Virus record (IMG/VR): IMGVR_UViG_3300044953_000297
Strand: one strand, 5' to 3'
Origin: an uncultured virus (IMG/VR IMGVR_UViG_3300044953_000297)
Taxonomy: Duplodnaviria > Heunggongvirae > Uroviricota > Caudoviricetes
Length of the DNA stretch: 59,088 nucleotides
Below are positions 20,304 through 30,430 of this stretch, piece after piece. Within the stretch, counting starts at the first letter, position 1, and each line of letters opens with the position of its first letter. The notes under the pieces are model-generated. The model made no database searches. It worked only from the letters and a program-made list of their open reading frames with translations, and had not been told where the DNA came from. The position numbers and the translations under genes were made by a program.

Positions 20304-21710
20304 TTGTTATTTATAACAAATAACATTGTTATGATAAAATTTGTAGAAAAAAATGACGACCCACTTTTAGTACGATTTGAAGTTAACTATAATTGCGTCA
20401 ATGAAAAGGTTCTTATATTATGGGAGGACGAAAAAACTTTAATTCCACAATATTCTGACTTTTTATCCATATCACAGAATGGTATATACTATTGTACATT
20501 AAATAAGTCTCTCAATTTTTTTAAGAATGATTTAAATTTTAAAATAATAAGCTTAAAAACATATGAAGTTTTATTTTGTTATAAATTTATAAATCTGTCA
20601 TTCTTAAGAGAAAAAAATATATTATACATTTCTCAAAATAACCATACTGGATATAGTTACGCTGCCAAAAATTATATATATCAATTATTACAACAGGGGT
20701 ATAATATAACGTGGGATGTTTCAAAATTTGGAAATTCTTCATATAAGGCTTGTAATGATTATGAAAAACTAGTTGCCGATTGTATAAATAAAAATATTAA
20801 TTATGATGCGGTTATAATACATCATGTACCAGACATATGGGCAGATATTGCAAAAACTATACCCAGAGGTAAAAAAATATATGGATTAACCGTTTGGGAA
20901 ACTAATAAATTACATGAAGATTGGGTTAATTTTATAAATAATAGCGGAGTAGATGAGTTGATCGTTCCTTCATTTTTCAATCAAAAAATTTTTAAAAACA
21001 GCAAGGTAAACAAAAAAATAAATGTTTGGCGTCACGATATATTTCCGTTCACAACAAATAACAATTTAGATTCGGAAAAAATATTTTCTAGATTTTATTA
21101 TTATGATAATAACAAGTTTACAAACAAAGATGTGGATGTTAAATCTATTATAAAAAATAGAACGGTGTACTATAATATAAGTCAGTATAATGAACGAAAA
21201 AATATAGATCAAGTATTAAAAACTTTTTGCAAAAAATTTAAAAAATCTGATAATGTTTGTTTGTTTATTAAAACATTTTTCAAAGAATTTTCAGAATGTC
21301 AAACAGAAATGTTAAAATATAAATTTATGAACATACTTCGTGAATATAAAGATATTCCTCCCATAATTTTTTGTTTTGACAATTTAAACAACGATGAGAT
21401 TAATTTCATACATGAATTTGGAGATGTATATTTTACATTAAATCGTGGAGAAGGATTTGGTCTTTGTACATATACCGCAAAAAAAATTGGAAATAAGGTT
21501 ATATGTGGTAAATTCGGTGCGGAAAAAGAATTTTTAGGAGAGAATGATATAGTGTTGGACTATACATTAGTAGACACATTTAATATGGAGGTATACCACA
21601 ATTGGTACGAAAACCAACAGTGGGCATCATATGATTTTGATTTGGTATTGTCTAAGTTGAGATATTTTCCAAAAACAAATAAAAAATTATATAATTATAC
21701 ACATGATTAA
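20304..21710 (+). CDS. GT4-like glycosyltransferase with N-terminal extension
   Basis: TGYSYAA, GLTVWETNKL, ERKNID, RGEGFGL; paralog of 2295..3395. Confidence 0.82.
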   Translation: MLFITNNIVMIKFVEKNDDPLLVRFEVNYNCVNEKVLILWEDEKTLIPQYSDFLSISQNGIYYCTLNKSLNFFKNDLNFKIISLKTYEVLFCYKFINLSFLREKNILYISQNNHTGYSYAAKNYIYQLLQQGYNITWDVSKFGNSSYKACNDYEKLVADCINKNINYDAVIIHHVPDIWADIAKTIPRGKKIYGLTVWETNKLHEDWVNFINNSGVDELIVPSFFNQKIFKNSKVNKKINVWRHDIFPFTTNNNLDSEKIFSRFYYYDNNKFTNKDVDVKSIIKNRTVYYNISQYNERKNIDQVLKTFCKKFKKSDNVCLFIKTFFKEFSECQTEMLKYKFMNILREYKDIPPIIFCFDNLNNDEINFIHEFGDVYFTLNRGEGFGLCTYTAKKIGNKVICGKFGAEKEFLGENDIVLDYTLVDTFNMEVYHNWYENQQWASYDFDLVLSKLRYFPKTNKKLYNYTHD

Positions 21711-22109
21711 AAAATAAGCACAGCCGATATTATTGTGTGTAGAATTATAGATGGAAATACAGAAATACTATTAACATTGATATCTCCACATAGTTTTTGT
21801 GGTAACAAATGGTGTATTCCTGGTGGGCATTTAAATGAAAATGAAAATCCGATTGATGGAGGTATTAGAGAGTTATGTGAAGAAACTGGTATAGATTTAC
21901 GAAGTATTAGAAATAAAGTAAAAAAATTATTTGTACACAAATTAAACGAACACAGAGCTAAATTTGGAGCGACTTATGTGTGCATACTGCCTAAGAATTT
22001 CAAATATACTGTGAGTGTTCAACCATCGGAAGTTTCGGAGGCTCGCTGGTTTGATATACAAAAATTCCCCATGATAATATTGCATTTGATTATGGGGATA
22101 TTCTATTAA
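21703..22109 (+). CDS. NUDIX hydrolase (probable homopolymer frameshifts near both ends)
   Basis: WCIPGGHLNENENPIDGGIRELCEETG Nudix box; an alternative frame at the 3' end gives IAFDY. Confidence 0.85.
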
Positions 22110-22125
22110 AATTTAAGAAAAAAAA

Positions 22126-22377
22126 TTACAAAGTAAATTTTGGCTTCTTCAGATCTTCTGGTAATAAATCTTGTAGAGGTGCTTGACATTTTGTGCAAAC
22201 TGGTACTGCAATAGGTACTAATGCATCTTTAGTTGTGCCTGTTAGTAGTCTACTGACTTTACGAAACATATTACCTTGTACAAATACTTCATTTCCACAC
22301 TCACACGCAACTGGTGTAGTATCTTTAATACCAAAAGGAAGTGTTTGTGGAGGTTCTGGTTGTTCAAATCTATTCAT
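22126..22377 (-). CDS. small zinc-ribbon protein
   Basis: CECG..CTKC. Confidence 0.7.
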   Translation of the reverse strand: MNRFEQPEPPQTLPFGIKDTTPVACECGNEVFVQGNMFRKVSRLLTGTTKDALVPIAVPVCTKCQAPLQDLLPEDLKKPKFTL

Positions 22378-22380
22378 ATT

Positions 22381-24819
22381 TTATCTTATTCCTTTTCTTT
22401 TTTTGTAATCGTCTAACGCGGCATTAAGTGCTTCCTGTGCTAACACACTACAGTGAATTTTAACTGGTGGAAGTCCACCCAATGCTTCTACTATGTTATC
22501 ATTGCTAAAATTTTTTTCAAGATCTTCTATTGTTCTACCCTTAATAAGTTCGGTTGCCACACTAGAAGCAGCTATAGCACTGCCACAGTTATGTGACATT
22601 GCTCTTAATACAAAGAAACAGTTTGAACCTTCATTTAATTCTAAATCATAAACAATATAATTGTCATTAGATTTTTCCAATCCTCTTAATTCATTAACAT
22701 GTGTAATTTCTTTTTTTGATTTTAATGCAATTCCATTATGAATAAATCTTTGAATATCATTAATGCAAGTATCCAATTCATTTTTTTCAACAAACATCAC
22801 ATCAAAACCAGCAGATGAATAATCTTTTCTTTTTTGTATCATCCATCCTTGATTTTCACGATTTTGCATAAAATGAGGTAAATTTTTAGTATAAACTTCA
22901 ATTACTTTTTTTTGACCATTTACTTTAAAATCAGGATTAAATCTTTTTCCATCTGGTGTGTTTATCCAAAACTTATAATCTCCTACGTATCTTAAATCTA
23001 GATTTTCATTTACAAATTTATTAATAAACTTTTTTTCTAATAAAGTTGGTCTTTTCCACTGATCTTTTTTAATTCCCTCTTGCCAGTTTTTAACATATTC
23101 TGGATTTTTCCACATTTTTTTACAAGAAATGCTTGTTTTAAAACTAGAAATTTCAAGATTTTTTCTTTTGTATTTTTTTTGATTCTGAGGCAATTCTTTT
23201 TGTTTCATCAATCCAAGATTATTTCTTTTTGAAATTTTTTTTGAATTGATATCTTTTAACCATTGTTGTTTTCTAACATTATTAATTGAACGGAGTTCTC
23301 GTTCTGTCATTTCCAATACTTCCATTCCAATTTCAAAATTTTCTGTTACTAATGGTCTATTATCTGCGCCCCACCAAACATGGTCTTTAGTGCAAATTAT
23401 TTTTTTCCTTAATCCAAAATCTAATACACATAAATCATCGGAAGATACTTCTTTTTTAACAATATTTTTAACAGTATTTTTAACTACAGAGCTTCCATTC
23501 CATGTCCAAATTTGATCACCTATTTTTAAGTTTTTAATGGATGTATATCCGTTTGGAGTAGCAATTGGACTATTACCACCTAAGCATCCAAATGTCTTGA
23601 ATCGAGCATCAATAACTTTATTGGTTTGTTCATCGATTCTGAGACTAATCTTCATTATATCACCACAATTTTTAACGACTATTCCTTCTTCAACATTCAG
23701 GGTGATACGTGATAAAACAATATAATTATTATTTTCCTCAACTTGTAATGTATATGTTTGAATTTCTCCAATATATTCTCGTTTGATTATATTGTGATTA
23801 TAATGTTTGCATTCATCAAAAAACTCAGTCCATGATGGAAATCTTGTTGATAAAGACTGTGGAATTTTATTTTGTTTGGCATAAGATCGCCAAAGATTAG
23901 CGGTCAACTTACCGTGTTGTTTATATAAATTATTTCCTATTTTGAATAAATCTTCATCCGAATATCCTAACCACTTCGGATTTTTATTTCTCGGCTTAGA
24001 AGCGAATTTATATTTCCATTCATCGGACGTTTTATGATAACAATTATTATTTCCTTTTTGTCTTAGAGATATTAACTTCCTCTGTTCTTCGGTGGCCAAT
24101 TTTGAAAAATGATTTGCCAATTCACTTTTGTCATCAAACTTGTTAATGTTTTCCAATAAAATGTCTTTATTAATACATACATCAAATGTTTTTGGTCTAT
24201 CCCAATTTGGGTTTGTCAACTTAGTATGATCTGATTTTGGTAATCCTTGCAAATTACTAATACAGTTATTTTGTTTGTTTTCATCTATGTGATGTATATC
24301 ATATCCTATAGTATTATGGTCAGGATTGTGAAATTTATAAATTTCAATGTGTTCTTTCCTATGTTTGGTTTTTCTAATTTCCCAATATCCATTTTTGATT
24401 ATTTTTCGTTTGAATGGATAAATAGAATCATCACTTGTTAATAATTTATTTTCAACATATTGTTTTTTAGGACGAGTGAGAAATTTATGATCTTCCGTAC
24501 ATGTTATTGTACCGCCATCATTTAATGTCAATTTATATACTTTTTTGACACCAGATACAACTCCTATAGCATTTTTTATTTCAAATAAATTTGTTTTAGT
24601 ATTAAAGCTCCAAACAGGGGTTATTTTGTTTACTAAATTTTTAATAGGAGTATGTAAATTACCATCCGCTGTTGCTATTAAAGTATCACCATCAAAACAT
24701 GCTGCAGCCCCTACTTCACCTATAGCGTTTGCTTCTTTTATGTCACCCATATTTCTGGGATTCATAAAATGATCCATTACAGTTTGATTATATAGAGTAT
24801 AAGATTCATTCATACCCAT
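22381..24819 (-). CDS. iscU: IscU/NifU-N Fe-S cluster scaffold containing two inteins (135 aa after splicing)
   Basis: Exteins: YNQTVMDHFMNPRNMG..GEVGAAA|CGDIMKISL..DARFKTFG|CGSAIAASS..LPPVKIHCSVLA. Confidence 0.95.
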   Translation of the reverse strand: MGMNESYTLYNQTVMDHFMNPRNMGDIKEANAIGEVGAAACFDGDTLIATADGNLHTPIKNLVNKITPVWSFNTKTNLFEIKNAIGVVSGVKKVYKLTLNDGGTITCTEDHKFLTRPKKQYVENKLLTSDDSIYPFKRKIIKNGYWEIRKTKHRKEHIEIYKFHNPDHNTIGYDIHHIDENKQNNCISNLQGLPKSDHTKLTNPNWDRPKTFDVCINKDILLENINKFDDKSELANHFSKLATEEQRKLISLRQKGNNNCYHKTSDEWKYKFASKPRNKNPKWLGYSDEDLFKIGNNLYKQHGKLTANLWRSYAKQNKIPQSLSTRFPSWTEFFDECKHYNHNIIKREYIGEIQTYTLQVEENNNYIVLSRITLNVEEGIVVKNCGDIMKISLRIDEQTNKVIDARFKTFGCLGGNSPIATPNGYTSIKNLKIGDQIWTWNGSSVVKNTVKNIVKKEVSSDDLCVLDFGLRKKIICTKDHVWWGADNRPLVTENFEIGMEVLEMTERELRSINNVRKQQWLKDINSKKISKRNNLGLMKQKELPQNQKKYKRKNLEISSFKTSISCKKMWKNPEYVKNWQEGIKKDQWKRPTLLEKKFINKFVNENLDLRYVGDYKFWINTPDGKRFNPDFKVNGQKKVIEVYTKNLPHFMQNRENQGWMIQKRKDYSSAGFDVMFVEKNELDTCINDIQRFIHNGIALKSKKEITHVNELRGLEKSNDNYIVYDLELNEGSNCFFVLRAMSHNCGSAIAASSVATELIKGRTIEDLEKNFSNDNIVEALGGLPPVKIHCSVLAQEALNAALDDYKKRKGIR
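22588..23586 (-). mobile_element. IscU intein 2, 333 aa, with Vsr/PD-(D/E)XK-like endonuclease
   Basis: CLGGNSPIATPNG, CTKDHVW, RPTLLEKKF..NPDFKVNGQKKVIEVY, VYDLEL..MSHN|C. Confidence 0.92.
23668..24699 (-). mobile_element. IscU intein 1, 344 aa, with HNH endonuclease
   Basis: CFDGDTLIATADG, CTEDHKF, DIHHIDENKQNNCISNL, TYTLQVEENNNY..VVKN|C. Confidence 0.92.
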
Positions 24820-24821
24820 AA

Positions 24822-25928
24822 TTATATTCCTATTTGCTGTAAATCGTGAATTACCATTTTTTCTACAAGTTGTTTAAAATATGTCTTTGGAATCCAGTTT
24901 AATTCATTTCGTGCTTTTGTACTATCTCCGAGTAATAAATCTACTTCTGCGGGCCTGTAGAACTTGTGATTTATTTTAACTAATACACTATTTGATGGAT
25001 CGTATCTATTTGCATCTTTTACGCTAATACTAAATTCTGCATTTTCGGCTTCTCCGTGCCATATTCCATCAATGTCGGCAGCTTTAAAAGCTTCAAATAC
25101 AAATTCTTCAATAGTATGAGTTTCATTGCTGGATAGTACATATTCTTTTGGTTCATTTTGATTTAACATTTTCCAAATACCGTCAACAAAATCTTCGGCA
25201 TCACTCCAATCTCTGCTAGCTTTAACATTTCCCAGTTCAATACTGTCAAACGGTTTACCTTCTAAAAGCGCTTTTTTAATTCTAGCTACGCCCTTAGTGA
25301 TTTTACGAGTTACAAACTCTTCACCTCTTCTAGTTCCTTCGTGATTGAATAATAAACCTTGTATTGCAAACAGATTGTAAGATTCACGATATACTTTGAC
25401 CAACTGTCGTGCTGCCGATTTGCTTGCGCCATATGGACTACGAGGTTTATATGGATGTTTTTCATCTTGCGGAACATATTCTACGTCGCCGTACTCTTCA
25501 CTACTTCCAGCATTATAAAATCTACAAGATGGCTTGTATTGTTTAATAGCCTGCAATATATGAATTATACCGCACGTATTACATTCCCAGGTTTGTGATG
25601 GAAAATCCCAGGAAGATCCAACAAATGATTGCGCTGCTAAGTTTATAAAATAATCTGGCTTTAAATTTTCAACAATATTGTATATACTATGTGCATCGCT
25701 TAAATCAAAATTTACAAGATGAAATCTTGGATTGTTTTCTAAATGTACGATGTTGTCGTGGTTTTTGATGCTCAATCTTCTTGTTCCGCCAAAAATTATG
25801 TAATCGGTATTTTTTAGCAAATAATCAACCATGAAGCTACCATCTTGACCAGTCACTCCTGTAACGAATACTGTTTTTTTATCTTTGTTTAAAAACGAAA
25901 CTGCATCTTTCACATTATATGTTTGCAT
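24822..25928 (-). CDS. gmd: GDP-mannose 4,6-dehydratase
   Basis: VTGVTGQDGS, NLAAQSFVGSS, PRSPYGASK, LFNHEGTRRGEEFVTRKIT, FYRPAEVDLLLGD. Confidence 0.95.
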   Translation of the reverse strand: MQTYNVKDAVSFLNKDKKTVFVTGVTGQDGSFMVDYLLKNTDYIIFGGTRRLSIKNHDNIVHLENNPRFHLVNFDLSDAHSIYNIVENLKPDYFINLAAQSFVGSSWDFPSQTWECNTCGIIHILQAIKQYKPSCRFYNAGSSEEYGDVEYVPQDEKHPYKPRSPYGASKSAARQLVKVYRESYNLFAIQGLLFNHEGTRRGEEFVTRKITKGVARIKKALLEGKPFDSIELGNVKASRDWSDAEDFVDGIWKMLNQNEPKEYVLSSNETHTIEEFVFEAFKAADIDGIWHGEAENAEFSISVKDANRYDPSNSVLVKINHKFYRPAEVDLLLGDSTKARNELNWIPKTYFKQLVEKMVIHDLQQIGI

Positions 25929-25942
25929 AAATTATTTGTTTA

Positions 25943-26398
25943 TTATTCATTATCTAAATAGTCTTCACCGTCGTCGTTATCAATATTATATTTTTGTTTA
26001 AAACGAATCATATCTTCATTTGTTATTTTCATATAATGTAAAATTATTTGTATCAAAAATATAATGCTATCTTTGGAGAAATTATATTTTTTACAATATT
26101 CTGAGATTTTGTTCGCTATAAATAATATTTTTTTTCGGGTATTATCGGCTATGCCTAACTCTAATTTATGTGGTTGACGGGTGGGATATAATCCCGGTAT
26201 GTCATTTTTATTAATAAATTTTTGTGTATTTATAATAATTTTTTTGTTGATTTCTTCTTCAATTTCGATGTCATTTTTTCCCGCATCTTTTAACTTTTTC
26301 TCCAACGATCTTATATAAGAAGGCTTTATTTTTTTAGCAATATTAAAATTGCTTAATACTCCGTGTTTTGTTAACAAATGTTGAAATTTACTGTTCAT
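25943..26398 (-). CDS. hypothetical protein
   Basis: 151-aa ORF co-oriented with neighbours. Confidence 0.6.
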   Translation of the reverse strand: MNSKFQHLLTKHGVLSNFNIAKKIKPSYIRSLEKKLKDAGKNDIEIEEEINKKIIINTQKFINKNDIPGLYPTRQPHKLELGIADNTRKKILFIANKISEYCKKYNFSKDSIIFLIQIILHYMKITNEDMIRFKQKYNIDNDDGEDYLDNE

Positions 26399-26582
26399 CT
26401 AGATATATTAAATATATATATAATTATGAACAAAGTAGCTTTATTTATTGATGCGTTTATAACATCCGATGAAAAATTTCATGTATTTACAAATAATATT
26501 CATAAATTTGCAAAGTGTGATTGGGATATATTCGTTATAAACAATAAAAAATATAACAATGCAACATTAAGAAAAATTTAGA

Positions 26583-27317
26583 TTAAAATCTTTGTTTTAA
26601 TATCTTCTTTCCATCTTGTAGAATATCTGGATCAAATACCTTTGGACCTTTACTTATATAACCTTTACCACATGTAAATGTGCAGTTATAACAAAGTAAC
26701 CTAATGTTTTCCAATTTATGGTTTTTGTTATTGCCATCTTCAAAATTTAATAATAATGGTATTTTACCATCCGTGAGTCTTCGTTCGTGATAACCACATT
26801 GTTCACACTCTGATTTTTTAATACCACTTCTTATGAGTTTATCCTTTAATCTGTGTATTGGGAAATCTGGATGTTTACCATCTAATATATCTTGTATTGG
26901 AAATTTACCTTTATTAGGATCTATAGGCCCCCTACAACATACACCTTTCGTAACAGGCCATCCTTTGGTTTTGTGTATGCCGTATAGTTTTGCATATTTC
27001 TTGAATGTGATATAACTTATACCAAGTAGTTTTGCAGCTTTTTTTGCGGTAGGTGCTCTATCAATTGCTTCTTGAACTTCCGATTGTAATATTGGTTTTT
27101 GGTTTCTACTGTGAGTTTTTCTTTTTGGATATAATTGTTCGGAAAATTGTTTTTCCAAATGAGGTATGGTGACTCCTTTTGATTGAAGTATTTTAAATTC
27201 TTCTATCTCATTTCTTACATCTTGACCCAACTGACTTAAACTAAGTAATTCTTCAACTTTGCTTTTAAGCTGGTCAAGTTCTTGTAACTTTTTTTCTATC
27301 TGTGATTGATCCATCAT
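26583..27317 (-). CDS. HTH plus degenerate HNH/zinc-finger protein
   Basis: KKAAKLLGISYITFKKY (HTH); CEQCG..LNFEDGNNKNHKLENIRLLCYNC. Confidence 0.7.
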   Translation of the reverse strand: MMDQSQIEKKLQELDQLKSKVEELLSLSQLGQDVRNEIEEFKILQSKGVTIPHLEKQFSEQLYPKRKTHSRNQKPILQSEVQEAIDRAPTAKKAAKLLGISYITFKKYAKLYGIHKTKGWPVTKGVCCRGPIDPNKGKFPIQDILDGKHPDFPIHRLKDKLIRSGIKKSECEQCGYHERRLTDGKIPLLLNFEDGNNKNHKLENIRLLCYNCTFTCGKGYISKGPKVFDPDILQDGKKILKQRF

Positions 27318-27649
27318 GTTTTTGAAGCCGATAACGGTTCTTTAGCTAAATCTATCGAGGTATTCATATAAAACACTTTCCTCAACACTTCGGCTCTAGA
27401 TGGTGATCCGGCATTTAATAAAACTTTATATGTATTTATAATTTTTTTCTTTGCGTTTTTTCTTTTGAGTGATTTGACAAACATCACAGGATTTACTAAA
27501 AAATCGGAATCCCCCTCAATTGTTTTTTTAATTTTAAATTCAACACCTCTTGTACATGCCTCGACATGTGGATCTGCAAATATAGATTCGTCAACATATA
27601 CTTCTAACGACCAATCTGCTGTACTAACTGAATAATTATTTTTATACAT
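27314..27649 (-). CDS. hypothetical protein
   Basis: ORF overlapping both neighbours in operon fashion. Confidence 0.6.
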   Translation of the reverse strand: MYKNNYSVSTADWSLEVYVDESIFADPHVEACTRGVEFKIKKTIEGDSDFLVNPVMFVKSLKRKNAKKKIINTYKVLLNAGSPSRAEVLRKVFYMNTSIDLAKEPLSASKT

Positions 27650-29246
27650 AGTTCATATCCCCGTCGTTAAGTAAATCCAAGTTGGTTAGTTTTTGATTAA
27701 CACTATCACAAACTTTTTCTTCAACGGTATTAGCAACAAATACAATTTTCTGTATACTCTTGCTTTTTGCACCATCACGCCAGACTCTACCAGTGGCTTG
27801 ACGCATGTTTACAGCTGAATATGATGGGCTAATTAATGCCAATCTTGGATGTTTACCGGTTATATCGTGTAAGCTTAACCCAGCACCACCCGCTGCTAGA
27901 TTTAGTAGTATCACGCGTTGTTTATCACTTTGAAAATCATCAATGCTTTGTTGACGAGTTTTTGCGTACTTAGCTTCACCATTCACAATACATTTGGTAT
28001 TTAGTCTTTGTGATAAAGCTTCTATAGTTTCTGAAAAGTTCAAAAATACAGCAATACTCATATTATTTTCTAAAGCATCTTCAACCATTTCAACAAATAG
28101 GGGAACTTTTGTCATTTCTACCTTTTGCCTGGATCTCAGAATAGCTGTAAGTTCGCTGCTCTTTTTATCTTTCTTTAGTAACTTTTCAATCTTAAGCAAT
28201 TCAAGTCGCATTTCATCATACGCGGCATTAATTTTATCCTGATCTTCTTTATCCATTTCATAACAGTTTGCGATGATTTGACTTTCTGGAAAGTTTGGAA
28301 TTGTATCTCTACTCAATCTTACGCCTCTGTTTGTAAATATATCGGTGCTTAATTTAGTTAATGATTTGCGATCACCTGTGAATTCCATTCCGAATCTACC
28401 TCTTACCACACCATGTGCATAAGCCCAATCATAATATTGTTTGTTGTTATTAAACAACTTTATACACTGTCCTACAGTACGAAGTTCAAGTGGATTTGTT
28501 GCCATAGTAGCGCTACAAAATAACATCTTATATCCAGATTTAAGCGCGGCCATACAAGTTTCACTGTTCTTGGTTTTTGCGTTCTTTAATTTTTGAGCTT
28601 CATCCCAAACAATCAAAGTATTCTTAGGAAGCTTCCAAACAAATTCTTTACGACGAGTGTCTCTTCGTTTAACTATAGATACATAGATGCTATCTGATTT
28701 ACCTATACGAAGAGTTTCATAATTAACAATGCCAATACAATTGCCCCAATACTTAAAGTGATTTTTTATAACTCTTTTCCAACTTTCCATGACTGCTTTT
28801 GGACATACAACCATAATATCCACATTTAATTCTCTAGCAACGGCGGTGGCTGTATATGTTTTGCCAACGCCGACATCGCTTCCGTCTACCGCAGCCCCCC
28901 ACTTTTTAATTGAGGCTACTATTTTGCTTACCGCATCAACTTGCCACGGTCTTAGACCCGTTGTATTTTTAACCTCATATAAAGGCAAAGATTCATCTTG
29001 TTTTTCATTGGCTTTTTTGGGTTCTTTAAACAGTGTTGGATTATCTTTAATCTCGGTTAGAATCCAATTATCTCCCAATTTTGTTACGCCATATCCACGA
29101 TCCTTTAATATGAGTCTATTTACCTTCCAGTAGGTAAAAAATTGGTTTAAATATGCTTGAGGTATAACCCAACTTCTTTGAAACAGAACATCGCCGTTTT
29201 TCTCAATTTGAACTGGATCAGACCATTGTATGTTCAAATTAATCAT
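27642..29246 (-). CDS. SF2 (SNF2-like) DNA helicase
   Basis: LRPWQ, DVGVGKT, IVWDEAQ, CSAT, AGGAGLSL, QATGRVWR. Confidence 0.88.
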   Translation of the reverse strand: MINLNIQWSDPVQIEKNGDVLFQRSWVIPQAYLNQFFTYWKVNRLILKDRGYGVTKLGDNWILTEIKDNPTLFKEPKKANEKQDESLPLYEVKNTTGLRPWQVDAVSKIVASIKKWGAAVDGSDVGVGKTYTATAVARELNVDIMVVCPKAVMESWKRVIKNHFKYWGNCIGIVNYETLRIGKSDSIYVSIVKRRDTRRKEFVWKLPKNTLIVWDEAQKLKNAKTKNSETCMAALKSGYKMLFCSATMATNPLELRTVGQCIKLFNNNKQYYDWAYAHGVVRGRFGMEFTGDRKSLTKLSTDIFTNRGVRLSRDTIPNFPESQIIANCYEMDKEDQDKINAAYDEMRLELLKIEKLLKKDKKSSELTAILRSRQKVEMTKVPLFVEMVEDALENNMSIAVFLNFSETIEALSQRLNTKCIVNGEAKYAKTRQQSIDDFQSDKQRVILLNLAAGGAGLSLHDITGKHPRLALISPSYSAVNMRQATGRVWRDGAKSKSIQKIVFVANTVEEKVCDSVNQKLTNLDLLNDGDMNYV

Positions 29247-29249
29247 AGA

Positions 29250-29549
29250 TTAGTCACCCATTTCGTTTCTATACTTTAGATTTCTTTGTAATTCATGAAT
29301 ATTTGTTTTTACATGACGACCATCATCTCTAAGTACTCCAATATCAAAATGGCCACTCATTAATTCTGTGAAATAAATTCCCTGCACATCGTCAAATCCA
29401 TGACCCAGAGTTTGCATCTCAAACATCCAGTTTTTACGGTTTTGATTAAATTTCTTTTTACAAAGTTGTTCCAAATAACCTACAATGTCGTTAACATCTT
29501 CAAAATAAACAACCTTGTTGATAGTGGTATCTCTTATATAGTATTTCAT
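29250..29549 (-). CDS. hypothetical protein
   Basis: ORF directly downstream of a sigma70-like promoter. Confidence 0.6.
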   Translation of the reverse strand: MKYYIRDTTINKVVYFEDVNDIVGYLEQLCKKKFNQNRKNWMFEMQTLGHGFDDVQGIYFTELMSGHFDIGVLRDDGRHVKTNIHELQRNLKYRNEMGD

Positions 29550-29556
29550 AAAAATT

Positions 29557-29585
29557 ATTCTACTATATGACTATTACTTAGTCAA
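29557..29585 (-). promoter_or_regulatory. sigma70-like promoter
   Basis: TTGACT-17nt-TAGAAT on the minus strand, ahead of the helicase operon. Confidence 0.6.
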
Positions 29586-29602
29586 CTACTTTTAGTGTTA
29601 TA

Positions 29603-30175
29603 TTATTCGTTATTTCTTTCGGTTTGACTTCTTATAGTTTCAAAATACTGAATTATATGATTTATAACCACGTCCGTTATATCTTCTAACCAATCGTCCG
29701 GTTTAAATTCGGTCGCACTTAAACCAGCATGTATTGGCTTTAAATGTCCATCTTGAAATTCTTGTCTTAAAAAGTCAATTAAATCTCTTTTTAGACCTTC
29801 TTTGTGGGCTATCACAAATATCTCACTTAGCGATTCTTTATAACCTACTCTCACCGGATTCTTACCCTTACCACCACTACCTTTTTCTCCTCTACCCGCG
29901 GCTCTTTGAGCAGCTTTCTTTCTTTTTACCCAATTAGCTATAGCCTTCTTGCCACCTTTTGCTCTTAATCTAGCAGCGTATTTTTTACCTAAACATGCGC
30001 TATAACTACTACCTTTCTTTGCATCTCCACACTTGCCAGCCTTTTTGCCCGTACTATCGTATCTATCCCAACCACCTCCACTGGAGCTACCAACTGGTCC
30101 CTTACCAAACCAAGCTCTTAACCCACCACGGTATGCTTCGTCTAACTTTGTAAAATATAAATCGTTTGTATCCAT
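29603..30175 (-). CDS. basic Gly/Lys-rich phage protein, probably virion-associated
   Basis: LDEAYRGGLRAWFGKG..GGWDRY..KCG module; TATTTAT upstream. Confidence 0.65.
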   Translation of the reverse strand: MDTNDLYFTKLDEAYRGGLRAWFGKGPVGSSSGGGWDRYDSTGKKAGKCGDAKKGSSYSACLGKKYAARLRAKGGKKAIANWVKRKKAAQRAAGRGEKGSGGKGKNPVRVGYKESLSEIFVIAHKEGLKRDLIDFLRQEFQDGHLKPIHAGLSATEFKPDDWLEDITDVVINHIIQYFETIRSQTERNNE

Positions 30176-30367
30176 TTACAATAAATATCACAAAACATTA
30201 TTAAACCTGTCTACTAAATTATTAAAGAATTTCTCAACCCTATTCTTTTCAACTTTTTTCTTTTGGGTTTCGTTTAAGTAAAAATTAATTTCAGATTCTC
30301 CCAACTCAATGTCTGAGTCTTTTAACTTGATGGTGATTTTTTTTTGTTTTTTCATAGTGGAATCAAT

Positions 30368-30405
30368 AAAAAAAAAAGATATGTAATCTAAGATTACATA
30401 TCTTT
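30368..30405 (-). terminator. Rho-independent terminator-like palindrome
   Basis: AAAGATATGTAATCT-A-AGATTACATATCTTT (30375-30405), with a T run on the minus strand, after the HNH gene. Confidence 0.6.
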
Positions 30406-30430
30406 GCGATTAGAAAAAATTCTAAATAAT

